A DNA stretch of 56,315 bases from Octopus bimaculoides (lineage: Eukaryota): assembly GCF_001194135.2 (NCBI RefSeq), contig NC_068994.1:29985807-30042121 (forward strand). Reading direction: 5' to 3'. Below, piece by piece: positions 34,816-47,014 of this stretch. Within the stretch, counting starts at the first letter, position 1, and every line of letters begins with the position of its first letter. Made by a program: the position numbers and the translations under genes. The notes below the pieces were generated by a model. That model saw nothing but the letters and a program-made list of their open reading frames with translations. It was not told the DNA's origin and did not search any database.

Positions 34816-35489
34816 AAAAGTAAACAAGATCTTCCAACAATATCTTCCAATAATATCTTCCAATCAACCCCCACCCTGACCTCTTCCTATTCATCCACTC
34901 CCAGACATACATACACTAAGCCTAATCATTATTTCACATAGTCATGCCTACCTCAGAAAAACAACCTGTCAAATAGAATCCAAGTTCAACAAAGGCTAGC
35001 TGACTGAAACTACAGTCATTGTCATCCCTCTTGTAAAAGTTTAACAAACATGTACTCTACTAAAAGGTATTGAACAATCCTTCAGTTTAATGCTAAAATA
35101 TTTTTACAAATGACTTGACATAAAAGCAAACATTAATACATAAACATGCACATGTGTGTGTGCACATACATATATATATAAATGTATGGACTCCTCTTTA
35201 TCCAGTAAGAGTTGCTAGGTCTCCAAGTAGTTTTTTCATGAGTTCTGAATATTTCAGGATCTGGGTGATAAAGTAATTCGTTGAGCAATAATACTTGCAT
35301 GATTAATCAGACATATACAAGAGCTCTCAACCTTCAGGCAAATGTTAGCACAAATTATTTTCCTTTTCAAGGCTTAAGGCTGTACCCCAAACTCCTCACT
35401 TATTCTTCCCTTCCAGTCCCCAATCTTAAAATAGAGACAGTCACTGTAGGTTTGGTGACATTGTTGAAATACTAGAATGGAAATGTACA

Positions 35490-36817
35490 GACATGTGTTG
35501 CATGCAAGAGTTTAGATGGAGGAGAGTCTCTGCCAGACTACCCACAGTCAAGGAACAAAGAAATAAATTCTTCTGGATAGCCAATAGTGATGGTGTGGGA
35601 AGTGTGAGCATACATTTTGCAGAGAAATGGGTAAAGTGATCAAGGTAGTCAAAGTGTGCAACAATATAATTAAACTTAAGTTAGTCTTACAAAACATGGC
35701 AGCAACATATGCTTTTCAATCAGGATTGGCAGATGAACAAAAGGACCAATGTTGCCAACTCCTTTTGCAAATTACCTTGATGATGAATGACAATGTACTT
35801 ACCTTTGAGGTGAATGATTTCAACAGACTTGTTAGGTAACAACCCAATGGATTCCATAGTGTACATGGAGGTTGTGGCTTTGGGCCAAGAAATGAGGAAA
35901 GAACAAGGCTCTTGGAGTTCTATGAATGCAAATGATCTGATGGTCTGCAACACTAACTTCAAGAAACCAACCAGTCACCTGATTACCTATCTTAAAGATC
36001 AAGTGAACAGTCAGAAATTTATTGAAGTCCTATTTGAAGCATCTGATGAGAAAGAAAAGATAGATATAGATAATAGAGGAAAGCTAGATGTTCCTTCGGG
36101 ACAACTTAGTGAGAACAGGCCAAATCTGTGGCAAAGTTCTGGTGAAACCAAGATTGATGTGGTGGTGGAACAGAGAAATAGACAGAGCCATAAAGGTTAA
36201 GAGACAGGCTTGGAAAAAGAGAAGCAACAAAGAATTATATCGGGAAGCCAGAAAAGAAGCTAGGTAACAGGTTTACATAGCAAAAGGAGAAGCAAAAAGG
36301 AAGAGGTTTGTCAATGCTTTACACAGTGAAGATAAGATGTGTGAGGTGTTCTGGATTGCAAGACAATGTTTCAGAGAGAATCAAGATGCTGTGGGAAGGA
36401 AATGCGTACAAATGGATAATGGTACACTTGCACCAACTGATTCGGAAAAGAAAGAGACATAGAAATGCTGCTACTTTTAAATATGTAGAATGCATGAAAG
36501 TAAGAGGGTCTTCCAAACGTTCATCCAGCTAAGGGACCAGCTGTTGTAGCTGAAAGCAGTATCATATATAAAACAATTAAAGATATGAAGGTAGGGAAAG
36601 ACACTGATCAATCAGAAATCACCACTGAGATGCTAAAGACATCTGACAGAGTAGGATATGGCCTAGTCACCCGTTTAGTAAATCAGGTTGTACATGAAGG
36701 TGTCATACTAACACTGGTGCAGCTGCATAATAGTTAACTGCTACAAGTGTAAAGGGGATGAATTAAAGAAAAGTAACTACAGAGATATCAAATTGCTGAC
36801 CAGGTCATGAAAGTTAT
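35490..36817 (+). mobile_element. Decayed RTE-clade LINE (endonuclease, deletion, start of RT)
   Basis: FHSVHGGCGFGPRNEE..LLEF / ANDLMVCNTNFKKPTSHLITY / WWWNREIDRAIKVKRQAWK / IKDMKVGK..EITTEMLK / CYKCKGD...NYRDIKLL, with frameshifts. Confidence 0.88.
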
Positions 36818-36980
36818 GTATATGTAGTTTTGTAAATTAATATTTAATCAATTCATATCATAATCTATTTGTACCATAATCAATTAGCTCCTAATATAAA
36901 ACAAGAATTTCAAAGTAATGGATATATCAGAAATTTATTCTGCATGCTTACAAGATTACTTTAGCTGTGTGACTTTAAAC

Positions 36981-37242
36981 TAGTGGTTCCCAACCTTTTT
37001 CAGCCCAGGGACAATATATTATAATCAAGAATTCTTGATTATAATATATTATTGATTCTTATGGAATAATTATTGAATTTTGTTTTCTTATTATTATTCT
37101 GTTTTCATATAAATTATCATTAACTAACAATGTCTTTATTATTGAACAATATTGTGTAGATATGAAATGGCTTCAATTTTTTATGGCTACAAATTCTCTG
37201 GGGACCACTGATGGGCCCCAGGGACCATGTTGGGAATCACTG
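36981..37242. mobile_element. Non-autonomous hAT (Charlie-type) MITE
   Basis: TIRs tagtggttcccaacc / tgttgggaatcactg; perfect 8-bp TSD ctttaaac at 36973-36980 and 37243-37250. Confidence 0.88.
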
Positions 37243-37527
37243 CTTTAAACAATACTGGATGAAATGAATATTAAAACCATTTACAAATTTTGTTAGTACA
37301 TGAAACATGTTATAATTTACAAGTTCCAGTAGAATATGTGACAAATATTATATTCCTAGCTGAACTTATCCCCTTCAAATTTCTTGTACCAGAAACTTCC
37401 AACCCTAGTCAATATTAATTCCAGATAACTTACATAGGACATTTTCATATTTAAGAAGCAAAAATTAAAAGGCTTTGATCTTTTTCTTTTAGACAAAAGA
37501 CTTTTGATAAAAAAATATATAAAGGTT

Positions 37528-37800
37528 GAAAAATTTGCTTCACACCTATGGATTTCTGGGTTCAATTCTTCTGCGTGATACATTGGGTAAGTTTCTTTTA
37601 CTGTAGTCTTAGGTTGATCAATGTCTTGTGAGTGAAACTGGCAGAAAAATTTGCTTCACACCCATGGGTTTCTGGGTTCAATTCTGCTGCATGGTACATT
37701 GGGTAAGTTTCTTTTACTGTAGTCTTAGGTTGATCAATGTTTTGTGAGTGAAATTGGCAGAATGATTCTATGAAGAAGCCCGCAAGATGTGTTTATGTGT
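37528..37800 (+). mobile_element. SINE family A head, tandemly duplicated (116-bp unit x2)
   Basis: Units start at 37528 and 37644 (gaaaaatttgcttcacacc...). Confidence 0.8.
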
Positions 37801-38962
37801 GTGTGTTCATTTACATGTTTACTGCTCTAGTATACCAGGCTATCAAAGGTTACTTTCAATGACCAGGCATCATTAAAATGGGACCCTGCCCTATGTTTGC
37901 AATAAGCTCTAATATTGATAAGGTTAATGAAAGACACCTGAAGATAGTGCCAGAGCATGGTCACAGCACACTGACTGAAATTAATAAAAGAAGAAACAAT
38001 TCTCGGTTTCAAAACATTTTTTAATGATAAACATTCAAATGTAAAGACAATGTTAAATAATTTTTCTCGGTGTAAATGCATGCATACATGCATAAATGGA
38101 ATTTCCTTCTAAGTAGAAGTTCACAAGAAACAAAAGTCATGGAAATTGTTAGGATGAATATTCTTTGGGTGGGAGATCAGAATAAATAACAGAATGCAAG
38201 TGAATATGTCATGTAAAGTGGGATGGGTGGGTTGGTGAGGTACACAGCTGCCTTCAGAGACAACAATAAAAAATCTTTGGTTTCATAATGGTTGAATCAT
38301 TCACCCAAAACAATGAGATTTTTGGTTCTTTTTTAAGACATGTAATAGTAGATATGTAGGGGGGTGGGGAATATTTATATTGATAGGAATCATTAACTAG
38401 AAAATAATTATATATACATACATACACACACACATATAGATATGTAACCACACATGCTTTTCTCGGACTATCCTTTTCCTTCTCTCCAGTCATTTTCCTC
38501 TTTCCTTTCTGACAAAGAACCGTGCTTGAAATGTCACAACCCAATCGTTTTTCCATCTTACTTTCTCTGGGCATCAATCTAATATATTCACTGTGTACAT
38601 ACTTTTGAATTGTGTTATTTTTCCTATTTTTGTTTTTTATTTGCCTACATACATATATATATATATCAGCCTAACCCATACTCCACTCTTGCCTCCCCCA
38701 AATCCCAACACCACCACTGACCACTTCCCAGCAACGACACACCTACACATGCACAGATCAAGGTCACCAGCCCTCTTCCACACTCACATACATACGCACG
38801 AGCACCTTCGTTTTGGGATCACCACTAATGTATTATCTCCCCTTCTTCCTAGCTTTCCTGTGTGACCCCTCTGTCCGGCATTCACCATGATAGATTGCTA
38901 GCCACTACACATTATTTTCTCTCCCTGTTTCTTTCTGTGTCTTTTGTTTTTTTGTGAATTCT

Positions 38963-39019
<57 letters not shown>

Positions 39020-39324
39020 TATGTATATATTGTGTGTACAGTTAGATGCACAACTGCTACTGTTGAGTTTCGAACTCCATGCAGAATATCATCATCTAAT
39101 CGGCTTCCAGTAAAGTAGTGTGGTTACTACTATACTTAGTAGTGTTACTGAACATATATAGAATAATGCAATAAAGTGTTGTCTTGATGATATACTGTAG
39201 TGTTCAGCAACCAACTGCACTTGGAACGTCTCGTGCAGAGGTTAAAAACTTGAAAATAACCACAACAGTGAAATGTATGGAGAAAACAAACTTGCATTTA
39301 ATCATGATTTCTCCAGCATATATA

Positions 39325-40204
39325 CAGGGTGCGATGGGTAAATTATCGCCATTTCATAGTTTTAATTTCGCACATGTGCATTGTTTATTTTTGATTTTGT
39401 TAATTACACAGTATACTAGGGTCAGTTGAGCACCATCTGTGAGAAAAACAGCACCATGACACAATTCACTCTGCCAGAAATTTGGAAATGACATGCTGTA
39501 CTGCTTGGCATTTGTGCTGGAAGCTCCAATAACAGATGGTAAACGCACAAAACCGTTGGCTTGCCATGTCCCCAAAACATGTATTGAGAGAGATAAAAAT
39601 CAAACATCCAGTCAACATCATGGTGTTTGGAGTGATCACTAGTGATGGCAATGTTATGCCTCCATTCATATTCCCACATGGTCTCGGACTCAACATGGAG
39701 GCTTACATCAAGTGCCTGGAAGAGGTAGTGCTACCCTGGGTCAAGAGGGTGGCTGCTGGAAGACTTTATGTCTGACAACAGGACTCTGCACCATACCACA
39801 CAAGCAGGAGAACCCAGTCATGGCTGTCAGACAATTTCTGCAACCACATCACCCCTAACATCTAGCCACCTAACTCCCCAGACTGTAACCCCCTTGATTA
39901 TTATGTGTGGGGTGCAGTTGAGCAAGAGACCAACAAAACTCCTTGTAACACCAAAGATGAACTGAAGGCAAGGATTATGGCAGCATTCACCAACTTAAAC
40001 AAGGAGACCATCCAGAAGAGTTTCAGATTCCGAGGTCGTCTGGAGGCTGTAGTTGAAGCCAATGGCTATTTTATTGAATAAATTTACTCTTTAATAATTC
40101 AAGATATTTTTATATAATTTTGGTAAATATATCTGTTAATATGAGCTGTTAGTGTTATTTTCATTTTTGAATAATTTAGATGACAATATATTCACCGCAC
40201 CCTA
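39325..40204 (+). mobile_element. Internally deleted DD37D (maT/Bmmar1-like) transposon, lineage 1
   Basis: ta-cagggtgcgatgggtaaatt ... atattcaccgcaccct-ata; KHPVNIMVFGVITSDG...QQDSAPYH...I*PPNSPDCNPLDYYVWG, with 37 residues between the 2nd and 3rd catalytic Asp. Confidence 0.92.
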
Positions 40205-40239
40205 TATATATATATAATTTTTAGAAAAACATAAATCCA

Positions 40240-41035
40240 GAGAAGCACACTCTAAGAAGTAGAGTAGTCTATATTTTTCCTGATGAAGGCTAGTTTATGG
40301 GGTTATCCTGGGTTTCTCGTCCATAAAGGGTTTAATTTTATGGTGTATCGTCAGACCCCAAGACCTGTTGACCTATGACCTCTTTAAAATATAGAGGGGA
40401 AAGTCTGAATTATCTCCCTTTGCCAATGGCTTCCGACCATAACGCCATCATTCAGCTGTGAGGGTAAATAATAGGGGATTATCTCCCTCTCCTGTTAGCT
40501 ATCAACTTCTAGCGGTTCCCGAAAGGCCAACAGAAATCTCCTAAAGTGCAAACATGGCCCAAAAATCTCCATTCTGGAGTTAAGTATAGCCCCTGATTTG
40601 AGTGAGTCCCTTAGGATTCTCGAGCATTCGGCTATGCATAGCTTGCAGTGTTTCGTCCTGTTTATGTAGGGGTCCGAGTTTTCAAGGATTTTCCATGAGA
40701 CGGAGTGTGGAACTCTGTCATCTTTTAGTTGCCATATGTGGCTGGCCAGCGATGTTATGTATCTCTTTTCTGGGACTTAGGAGGATTCATGGTTGGAAAA
40801 ACGTTTCTTGAATGAATTTCTGGTACAACCAATATATTTCCATGGACATGCAATGTCGGTACTGTACCTATAATTGTTGTTCATGTTACTGCTGCTGTTG
40901 TTGATGTAGTTGTAGCTGCTGATGTCGAAGCTGGGGCTAGTGGTGTTGGTTGCATCAGTAATGTTACTTCCCCTGCACATGTTACCAGTTAAGAACTTCT
41001 TTATGTTGTTATTAATGCTGCCAATGTTGTCACTG
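40240..41035 (-). mobile_element. 5'-truncated Penelope-like element: GIY-YIG endonuclease C-terminus plus 3' pseudo-LTR region
   Basis: KYIGCTRNSFKKRFSNHESS*VPEKRYITSLASHIWQLK...SWKILE..PY...CKLCIAE..I...LNSRMEIFGPCLHFRRFLL (40839-40495), one premature stop. The 5' limit is uncertain. Confidence 0.85.
40298..40360 (-). ncRNA. Type I hammerhead-like fold with canonical core (second family)
   Basis: UGGGGU-CUGACGA-UACACCAUAAA(AUUAAACCC)UUUAUGGACGA-GAAA-CCCAGGA-U-A-ACCCCA: 6-bp helix I, 7-bp distal helix II, mismatched helix II base and helix III. Confidence 0.65.
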
Positions 41036-41084
41036 CCATACATACATACATACATACATATATATACACACACCTATGGGTGTG

Positions 41085-41246
41085 TGTGTGTGGTGTTAGA
41101 AAGGGCATCCAGCTGTAGAAATTCTGCCAAATCAGATTGGAGCCTGGTGTAGCCATCTGGTTCGCCAGTCCTCAGTCAAATCGTCCAACCCATGCTAGCA
41201 TGGAAAGCGGACGTTAAACAATGATGATGATGATGATGATGATGAT
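41085..41246 (+). mobile_element. RTE-type 3' tail with (GAT)n terminus
   Basis: Nearly identical to 43577-43730. Confidence 0.8.
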
Positions 41247-41251
41247 CTATA

Positions 41252-41695
41252 CAGGGTGTGATGGGTAAATTGTTGCCACTTTATATTTTTAATTTCTCAC
41301 ATGCGCATTGTTTTTGACTTTGCCAACTACACAGTATAGTAGGGTCAGTTGGGCACTGTCTGTGAGAATAACAATACCATGATGCAATACACTCTGCCAA
41401 AAATTTGGAAATGACATACTGTATTGCTTGGTATTCATGCTGGAAGCACCAATTCGAACATTTCCGAGTGTTGATCTGAGGACAGTGCATGTACCAAGTG
41501 ATAAAAATTAAACATCCAGTCAACATTATGGTTTTGGAGTGATCACTAGTGATGGCAACATAATGCCTCTATTCATCTTCCCTTTAGTATTTCAAGATAT
41601 TCTTATGTAACTTTGGTAAATATATGTTAAAATTAATGAGACGACAATTTTATATTCATTTTGCATAATTTAGACATCAATATATTCACCACACC

Positions 41696-41698
<3 letters not shown>
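41252..41698 (+). mobile_element. DD37D lineage 1 derivative with larger internal deletions
   Basis: Same TIRs and the same 5' and 3' segments as 39325-40204. Confidence 0.88.
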
Positions 41699-41731
<33 letters not shown>

Positions 41732-42048
41732 TGCTAACAAAGACACAGTATCTCATGTTTTGCAACCATAATACACTACTGAGTACATTAAAGGTTTACA
41801 AGTCAATATTGTGCCTTACTTTTGTGTTAGCAGTGTGATGGTCTTGCTTTGAAGTTTATCTCCACAGAATTTCAATAGAGATCAAATCCAGTACTGTCAG
41901 GGTGTTTTGTATATGAATATGTCTCTGTAAACAATAGGATTGAAAATAGAAAAAGTTTGTAATAGGTGTATATGCATATTTCAACAGTTATTGCTCTTTC
42001 ATGAGCATGACATTCAACTCATTGGCTATATATATGTATATCTACATA

Positions 42049-42878
42049 CAGGGTGTCCAGGCTAAACTTGAATTTTGTATGTCTCCTTTCTTCATAAACA
42101 GCTTGATGTGTCCGTGAATAGTCACAGATGTTGGAGAGCATAAAGATTAGAGTTGTAGTTGAGGAAAAATTTGGCTGACATAGAAGACTGAAAGCCATTT
42201 GAATATTGGGAGTCACCTGTATTATGATGGTTTGAGTCAGATATTAAAATGCTGACAACGCAACTGCTGCTCAATGCTCTGTGAACACTGCCAAGGTTGT
42301 AAGATGACACAGACAGCTGCAAAGGCTACAAAGCCATGGCCAGCAGGAAGGGATACAGCAGATGTTCTGATTGCATCCACATGCCACAATTCATCCAACA
42401 CTTGCAGGACAAACTGACAAAAGATCTGAGCAAAGGAATCCAGGCTTTGGTGAGTGAGATGGGTGTTGGAGTTGCCACCATGAAGTTGGCCCTGAATGAG
42501 AACCTTCTCTACCACTTGTATAAGACCAAGAAGAACTTCTTGATGAAGACAAAGTAACTGCTAAACAAGCTGAGACATCCTATTGAGCTAGGGAATATCT
42601 GGTTCTTCGCAGATAAGAACAGTAAGGACCATTTGCACAACACCTAGAACAACAGGTGGCTTGCCTACAATCCATATGCTATCCCAAATATGAAAATCAA
42701 GTACCCACAAACTGTAAGTCTTTGGGTGTGTCTCTAGTAAGGGTGATGCCATGCTGGCACACATTTTTGAACAGGGCCAAAGACTCAGTTCAGATGACAA
42801 TGTGAAACTATTTGTGACTGTAGTCAAAACCTGGTTGGAGAGGGTTTCTTCTGAGAGGATATGTGTGGCAGTAGGATT
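42049..42878 (+). mobile_element. DD37D (maT) lineage 2, 5' two-thirds, truncated near the QQD motif
   Basis: 5' end homologous to the reverse complement of 32230-32383; LLNKLRHP...WFFAD...NNRWLA...KYPQTV..FGCVSSKGDAM..HIFEQG..L. Confidence 0.8.
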
Positions 42879-42908
42879 TATATATATATATATATCATAT
42901 ACATATAT

Positions 42909-43237
42909 TCTTTTATTTGTTTCACTCATTTGACTGCGGCCATACTGGAGCACTGCCTTTAGTCAAGCAAATTAACCCCATGGGTTATTCTTTGTGAGCC
43001 TAGTACTTATTCTATTAGTCACTGTTGCCGAACCACTAAGTTATGGGAACGTAAACACACCAGGAGGGTTGTCAAGCAATGTTGGAGGGACAAACACTTT
43101 TCCAGTTTCCGTCTACCAAATACACTCACAAGGCTTTGGTCGGAAGACACTTGACCAAGGTGCCACACAGTGGGATTGAACCCAGAACCATGTGGTTGCG
43201 AAGCAAGCTACTTACCAAACAGTCACTCCTGCGTCTA
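42909..43237 (-). mobile_element. SINE family A, full-length, lacking the internal microsatellite
   Basis: Head and tail are joined directly (gggacaaacac-ttttccagtttccgtc). Confidence 0.85.
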
Positions 43238-43359
43238 CATATATATATATTATATATCGTATATATATATATATGTAGACGCAGGAGTGACTGTTTATAT
43301 ATACGATATATCATATATATATATGAGATATATATCTTATATAATGTAACACATATATG

Positions 43360-43412
<53 letters not shown>

Positions 43413-43423
43413 NNNNNNNNNNA

Positions 43424-43730
43424 GTACCGCCTGACTGGCTCCCGTAGGACTTTCGAGCGAGATCGTTGCCAGTGCCCCTGGACTGGCTTGTGCGGGTGGC
43501 ACATAAAAGACACCATTTCGAGCGTGGCCGTTTTCGTGCGGGTGACACGTAAAAGCACCCACTACACTCTCTGAGTGGTTGGCGTTAGGAAGGGCATCCA
43601 GCTGTAGAAACTCTGCCAAATCAGACTGGAGCCTGGTGTTGCCATCCGGTTTCACCAGTCCTCAGTCAAATCGTCCAACCCATGCTAGCATGGAAAGCGG
43701 ACGTTAAACGATGATGATGATGATGATGAT
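43424..43730 (+). mobile_element. Young RTE-type tail element or SINE with (GAT)n terminus
   Basis: CpG-rich; internal duplicated gtgcgggtg(g/a)cac(a/g)taaaag; ends gttaaac(gat)7. Confidence 0.8.
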
Positions 43731-44041
43731 CACATACACACATATATCATGAAATATATGTATGTATTTGAATATGTCTTGTTTGATTTACATGTTTTTT
43801 GAGTCAAGTATGTGTTAAATGAATATATGATTGCAGTATTCTTTCACAACCAGATGCCTTTCTTGTCATTAACACTTAACTGTGTTTTAAATAAGGAATC
43901 TCTTAATTAAACATGTCTTGAAAGGCTAGAAGTAAGCAGACAATTTGTCAACCAGAGAAATGACAACAGCAATGTTTGTAGCTTGCAACTTTTATAGAGC
44001 ACAAACATAAACAAACAGATACACACACACATTTTATATAG

Positions 44042-44190
44042 ATAGACTTCTTACAGGTTCCATCTACCAAATTCACTCACAAGGGTTTGATCAACTTTGG
44101 CTATCGTAAGAGATACTTCGCTAAGGTGTCATGCATTGGGACTGAACTCAAAACCACATGATTAAGAAGGGAACTACATGCCTGTGCCTT
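44042..44190 (-). mobile_element. SINE family A head, degenerate
   Basis: ccatctaccaaattcactcacaag...gggactgaactcaaaaccacatg. Confidence 0.7.
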
Positions 44191-44507
44191 CTATCAGTCT
44201 TTCTTTACATCTGTATGTGTGCATATATATATATAGTATGTGGATAGGGTTGCAATCCAAGCTGTATCCTTGTGAAGCACACCTGCATATTCCAATATGC
44301 CAAAATTTTATGTAGATGTTATAATTGTGTGGAAAATAATATTTGCAGAGTAATTACACATGAAAACAATAGACTGGAAAATATTTTTGGTATTATTTAT
44401 TCACTATTGCACATGTATCATTTGCTAATAGGAGTTAAAACTTATACATGTAAGAGAAAATTATAAGATATCTCTTATTAAAAATTCCTCAGACAGCTAA
44501 TCAATTA

Positions 44508-45773
44508 TCAGGTTGAGTAAAAAGTAAGCAACATTTTGAACCATGATGAATTTGTACCAGATTTTTTCAGAGTTTTGAAATTTTGTTAAACATTTTTTTT
44601 GCAGTTGTCTGATAATAGATATAGACTTGCCCAAATGCATCAATAAATTAACATTTATATTTTTTTTCACCATTGTTACAATCATCTGAAATGGAACTGT
44701 GAAAGTGCGATATTTGAGCAATTTTGCTATTCAGCTCCAAAAAAAAGATGTAAAGCAGCTGAAACTGTTCGTGATATCAATGAAACATTTGGTGACCAGT
44801 GAGAGGTCAGCTCCAAAACGGTTTAAACGATTTTGTAGATTGTGAGCAAAGTGGACGACCATCTGTCATTGATGACAGTCAATTAAAGACTGTCACTGAG
44901 AAAAATCCATATAAAACCACTTGAGAACTGGCAAAAGAACTTCAAGTTAACCAGAAAACTGCTTGCAACCATTTGCATGCAATTGGAAAATCAAAAAAGC
45001 TCGACAAATGGGTACCACACGGTTTGAATGAAAATCAGAAAATGCTCATTGCTTCTTCTCCGTAACCAGACCAATCCATTTCTTGACCATATTGTAATTT
45101 GCGACTAAAAATGGATTCTGTACAATATAAAATGTTCTTCACAGTGGTTGGACCAAAATGAAGTACCGAAAACCTTCCCTAAACCCAAGCTCTTCAAAAA
45201 GAAGATTATGGTGACTGTTTGGTGGTGTACTTTTGGAATCATCCATTATAACTTTTTAAAATCTGGAAAAAACATTACTGCAGAAACATATTGCCATGAA
45301 ATTGCCAAAATGAACGAAAATCTGCTACTCCTCCATCTCAGACTGGTCAACAGAAGAGGGCGAATCATTCTTCATAACANNNNNNNNNNNNNNNNNNNNN
45401 NNNNNNNNNNNNNNNNNNNNNNNNNNNNNNNNNNNNNNNNNNNNNGCTCGACCACACATTTCACTAATGATGCTCCAGATGTTGAAGGAACTTGACTATG
45501 AAGTTCTTCTCCACCCAGCTTATTCCCCAGACCTTTTCTCCTACCGACTTCCACCTGAGAGAGAAGAGCTCAAAAATCAAACCGATGCTGTAAGTGTGTT
45601 CAAAGAGTTCATCCAGATTTTTATGTTGCCAGAGTAAACAAACTTGTAACTCATTAGCAAAAATGTGTTGATTGTAATGGTACTTACTTTGATGAATAAA
45701 ATTTCTGCATTGTTGAAATATATTGTGATGAATTTCATGTTTCAAAACGTTGCTTACTTTTTACTCAGCATGA
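44508..45773 (+). mobile_element. Near full-length decayed mariner (Hsmar1/Mos1-like, DD34D type)
   Basis: TA-flanked TIRs tcaggttgagtaaaaagtaagcaac / gttgcttactttttactcagcatga; KLDKWVPH, FLDHIVICD*KW, KIMVTVWW, ILHN..ARPH, HPAYSPD. Confidence 0.93.
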
Positions 45774-46102
45774 TAATACTATCTGATTTTCTGTCTGAAG
45801 ATATCTGACATGTTTCTCTGTCAAGTACAATTTTGTAACCCCTATTAGCAAATGAAACATGTGTAATGATGAATAAATAATACCAAAATTTTTTTCTAAT
45901 CTCCTGTTTTGATATATGTATATGTTATATTATATACAAGATATACTATATTATCATTAATTGATAGATGCAAAGAAATAAGAAACTTGAAGTAGTCAAC
46001 TCAAAAATATAGTTGGGGTAGGTAGAGTGGGGAAGTAAATGTAAATAAGAACTAACTCAGTCTTGCCAAACAGATGCCAGGACCAAAAAGTGATGATGTT
46101 CA

Positions 46103-46153
<51 letters not shown>

Positions 46154-46208
46154 CACGCACACGCAGACACACACACACATGTATATGTGTGTGTGTATAT
46201 ATATCATA

Positions 46209-46620
46209 ATATGGTGTAAAAGAAAGAAAATGGTAAATCTAGTCGAGTTCCTCATGAAGATAACATGGATGCTGCTTGAGCTCAAAAGATTGGCTGTTAT
46301 GAAAACCTCCTCGAAGAATGTGAAGACACAGGCTGGAAAGCAGAGCTTTCAAACAAACTTAGATGTAGAGGGTTTGTTGGACACAGTGTGAAGTGACTAT
46401 TGCTATCATTGACCTAATTCATCGCAAAGCAAATACCACCATGAGTAATATCCAAACTACAGTGGAAAAGGCAAGCCACTGGATTTGGTTAAAAAGCAAC
46501 AATGAGCAATGGCTAGAAGAATAGTGAGTGAAACCTGATGACCAATTGATCTAGCAAGCATGACCTCATTTCAGTGAAAGGTGCCCAATGATGCCTTCAA
46601 GAGTTAGGCCCCGGAATGGC
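46209..46620 (+). mobile_element. 3' end of an RLE-type non-LTR retrotransposon (HERO/NeSL-like), decayed
   Basis: KKMVNLVE/VPHEDNMDAA*AQKIGCYENLLEECEDTGWKA...CRGFVG.../VEKASHWIWLKSNNEQW matches the restriction-like endonuclease C-terminus. Confidence 0.75.
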
Positions 46621-47014
46621 AAGCATTCTCTCCTAATGACCCCATAAATTTGCTAGCATCCGGTATGCAGAGCTTTCAACAGGTAACACTTGCATCTGCA
46701 AGTTGTTTGCAAAAAATATTAAAAAACATATATTCATGACCTGCATTATCATCACTTTTCTATGCTGGCTTTTGTTGGGCAGAACTGAGCCAGTCCCTCC
46801 ACCTCCACTCCCAACTGGGCTGCAGGACTACATTTTGCTCATACTTTCTGTTTGCAACATAGTTTCTGTGTCTGGATTTAACACCAACCACCTTACAAAA
46901 AATGCATTTGTGTGTGTGAGGGTGTAGTTTGTATAACAAACAGAAGAAAAACTATTCAATAATATAGTAGGGGATAACATATTTTAGCTGATCCAGTAGC
47001 ATCATAGACAATGT

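Noticed and set aside
46535-46585. CUGAUGA...GAAA in the 3' UTR of the RLE element
   Set aside because: No supporting helix I or II pairing found.
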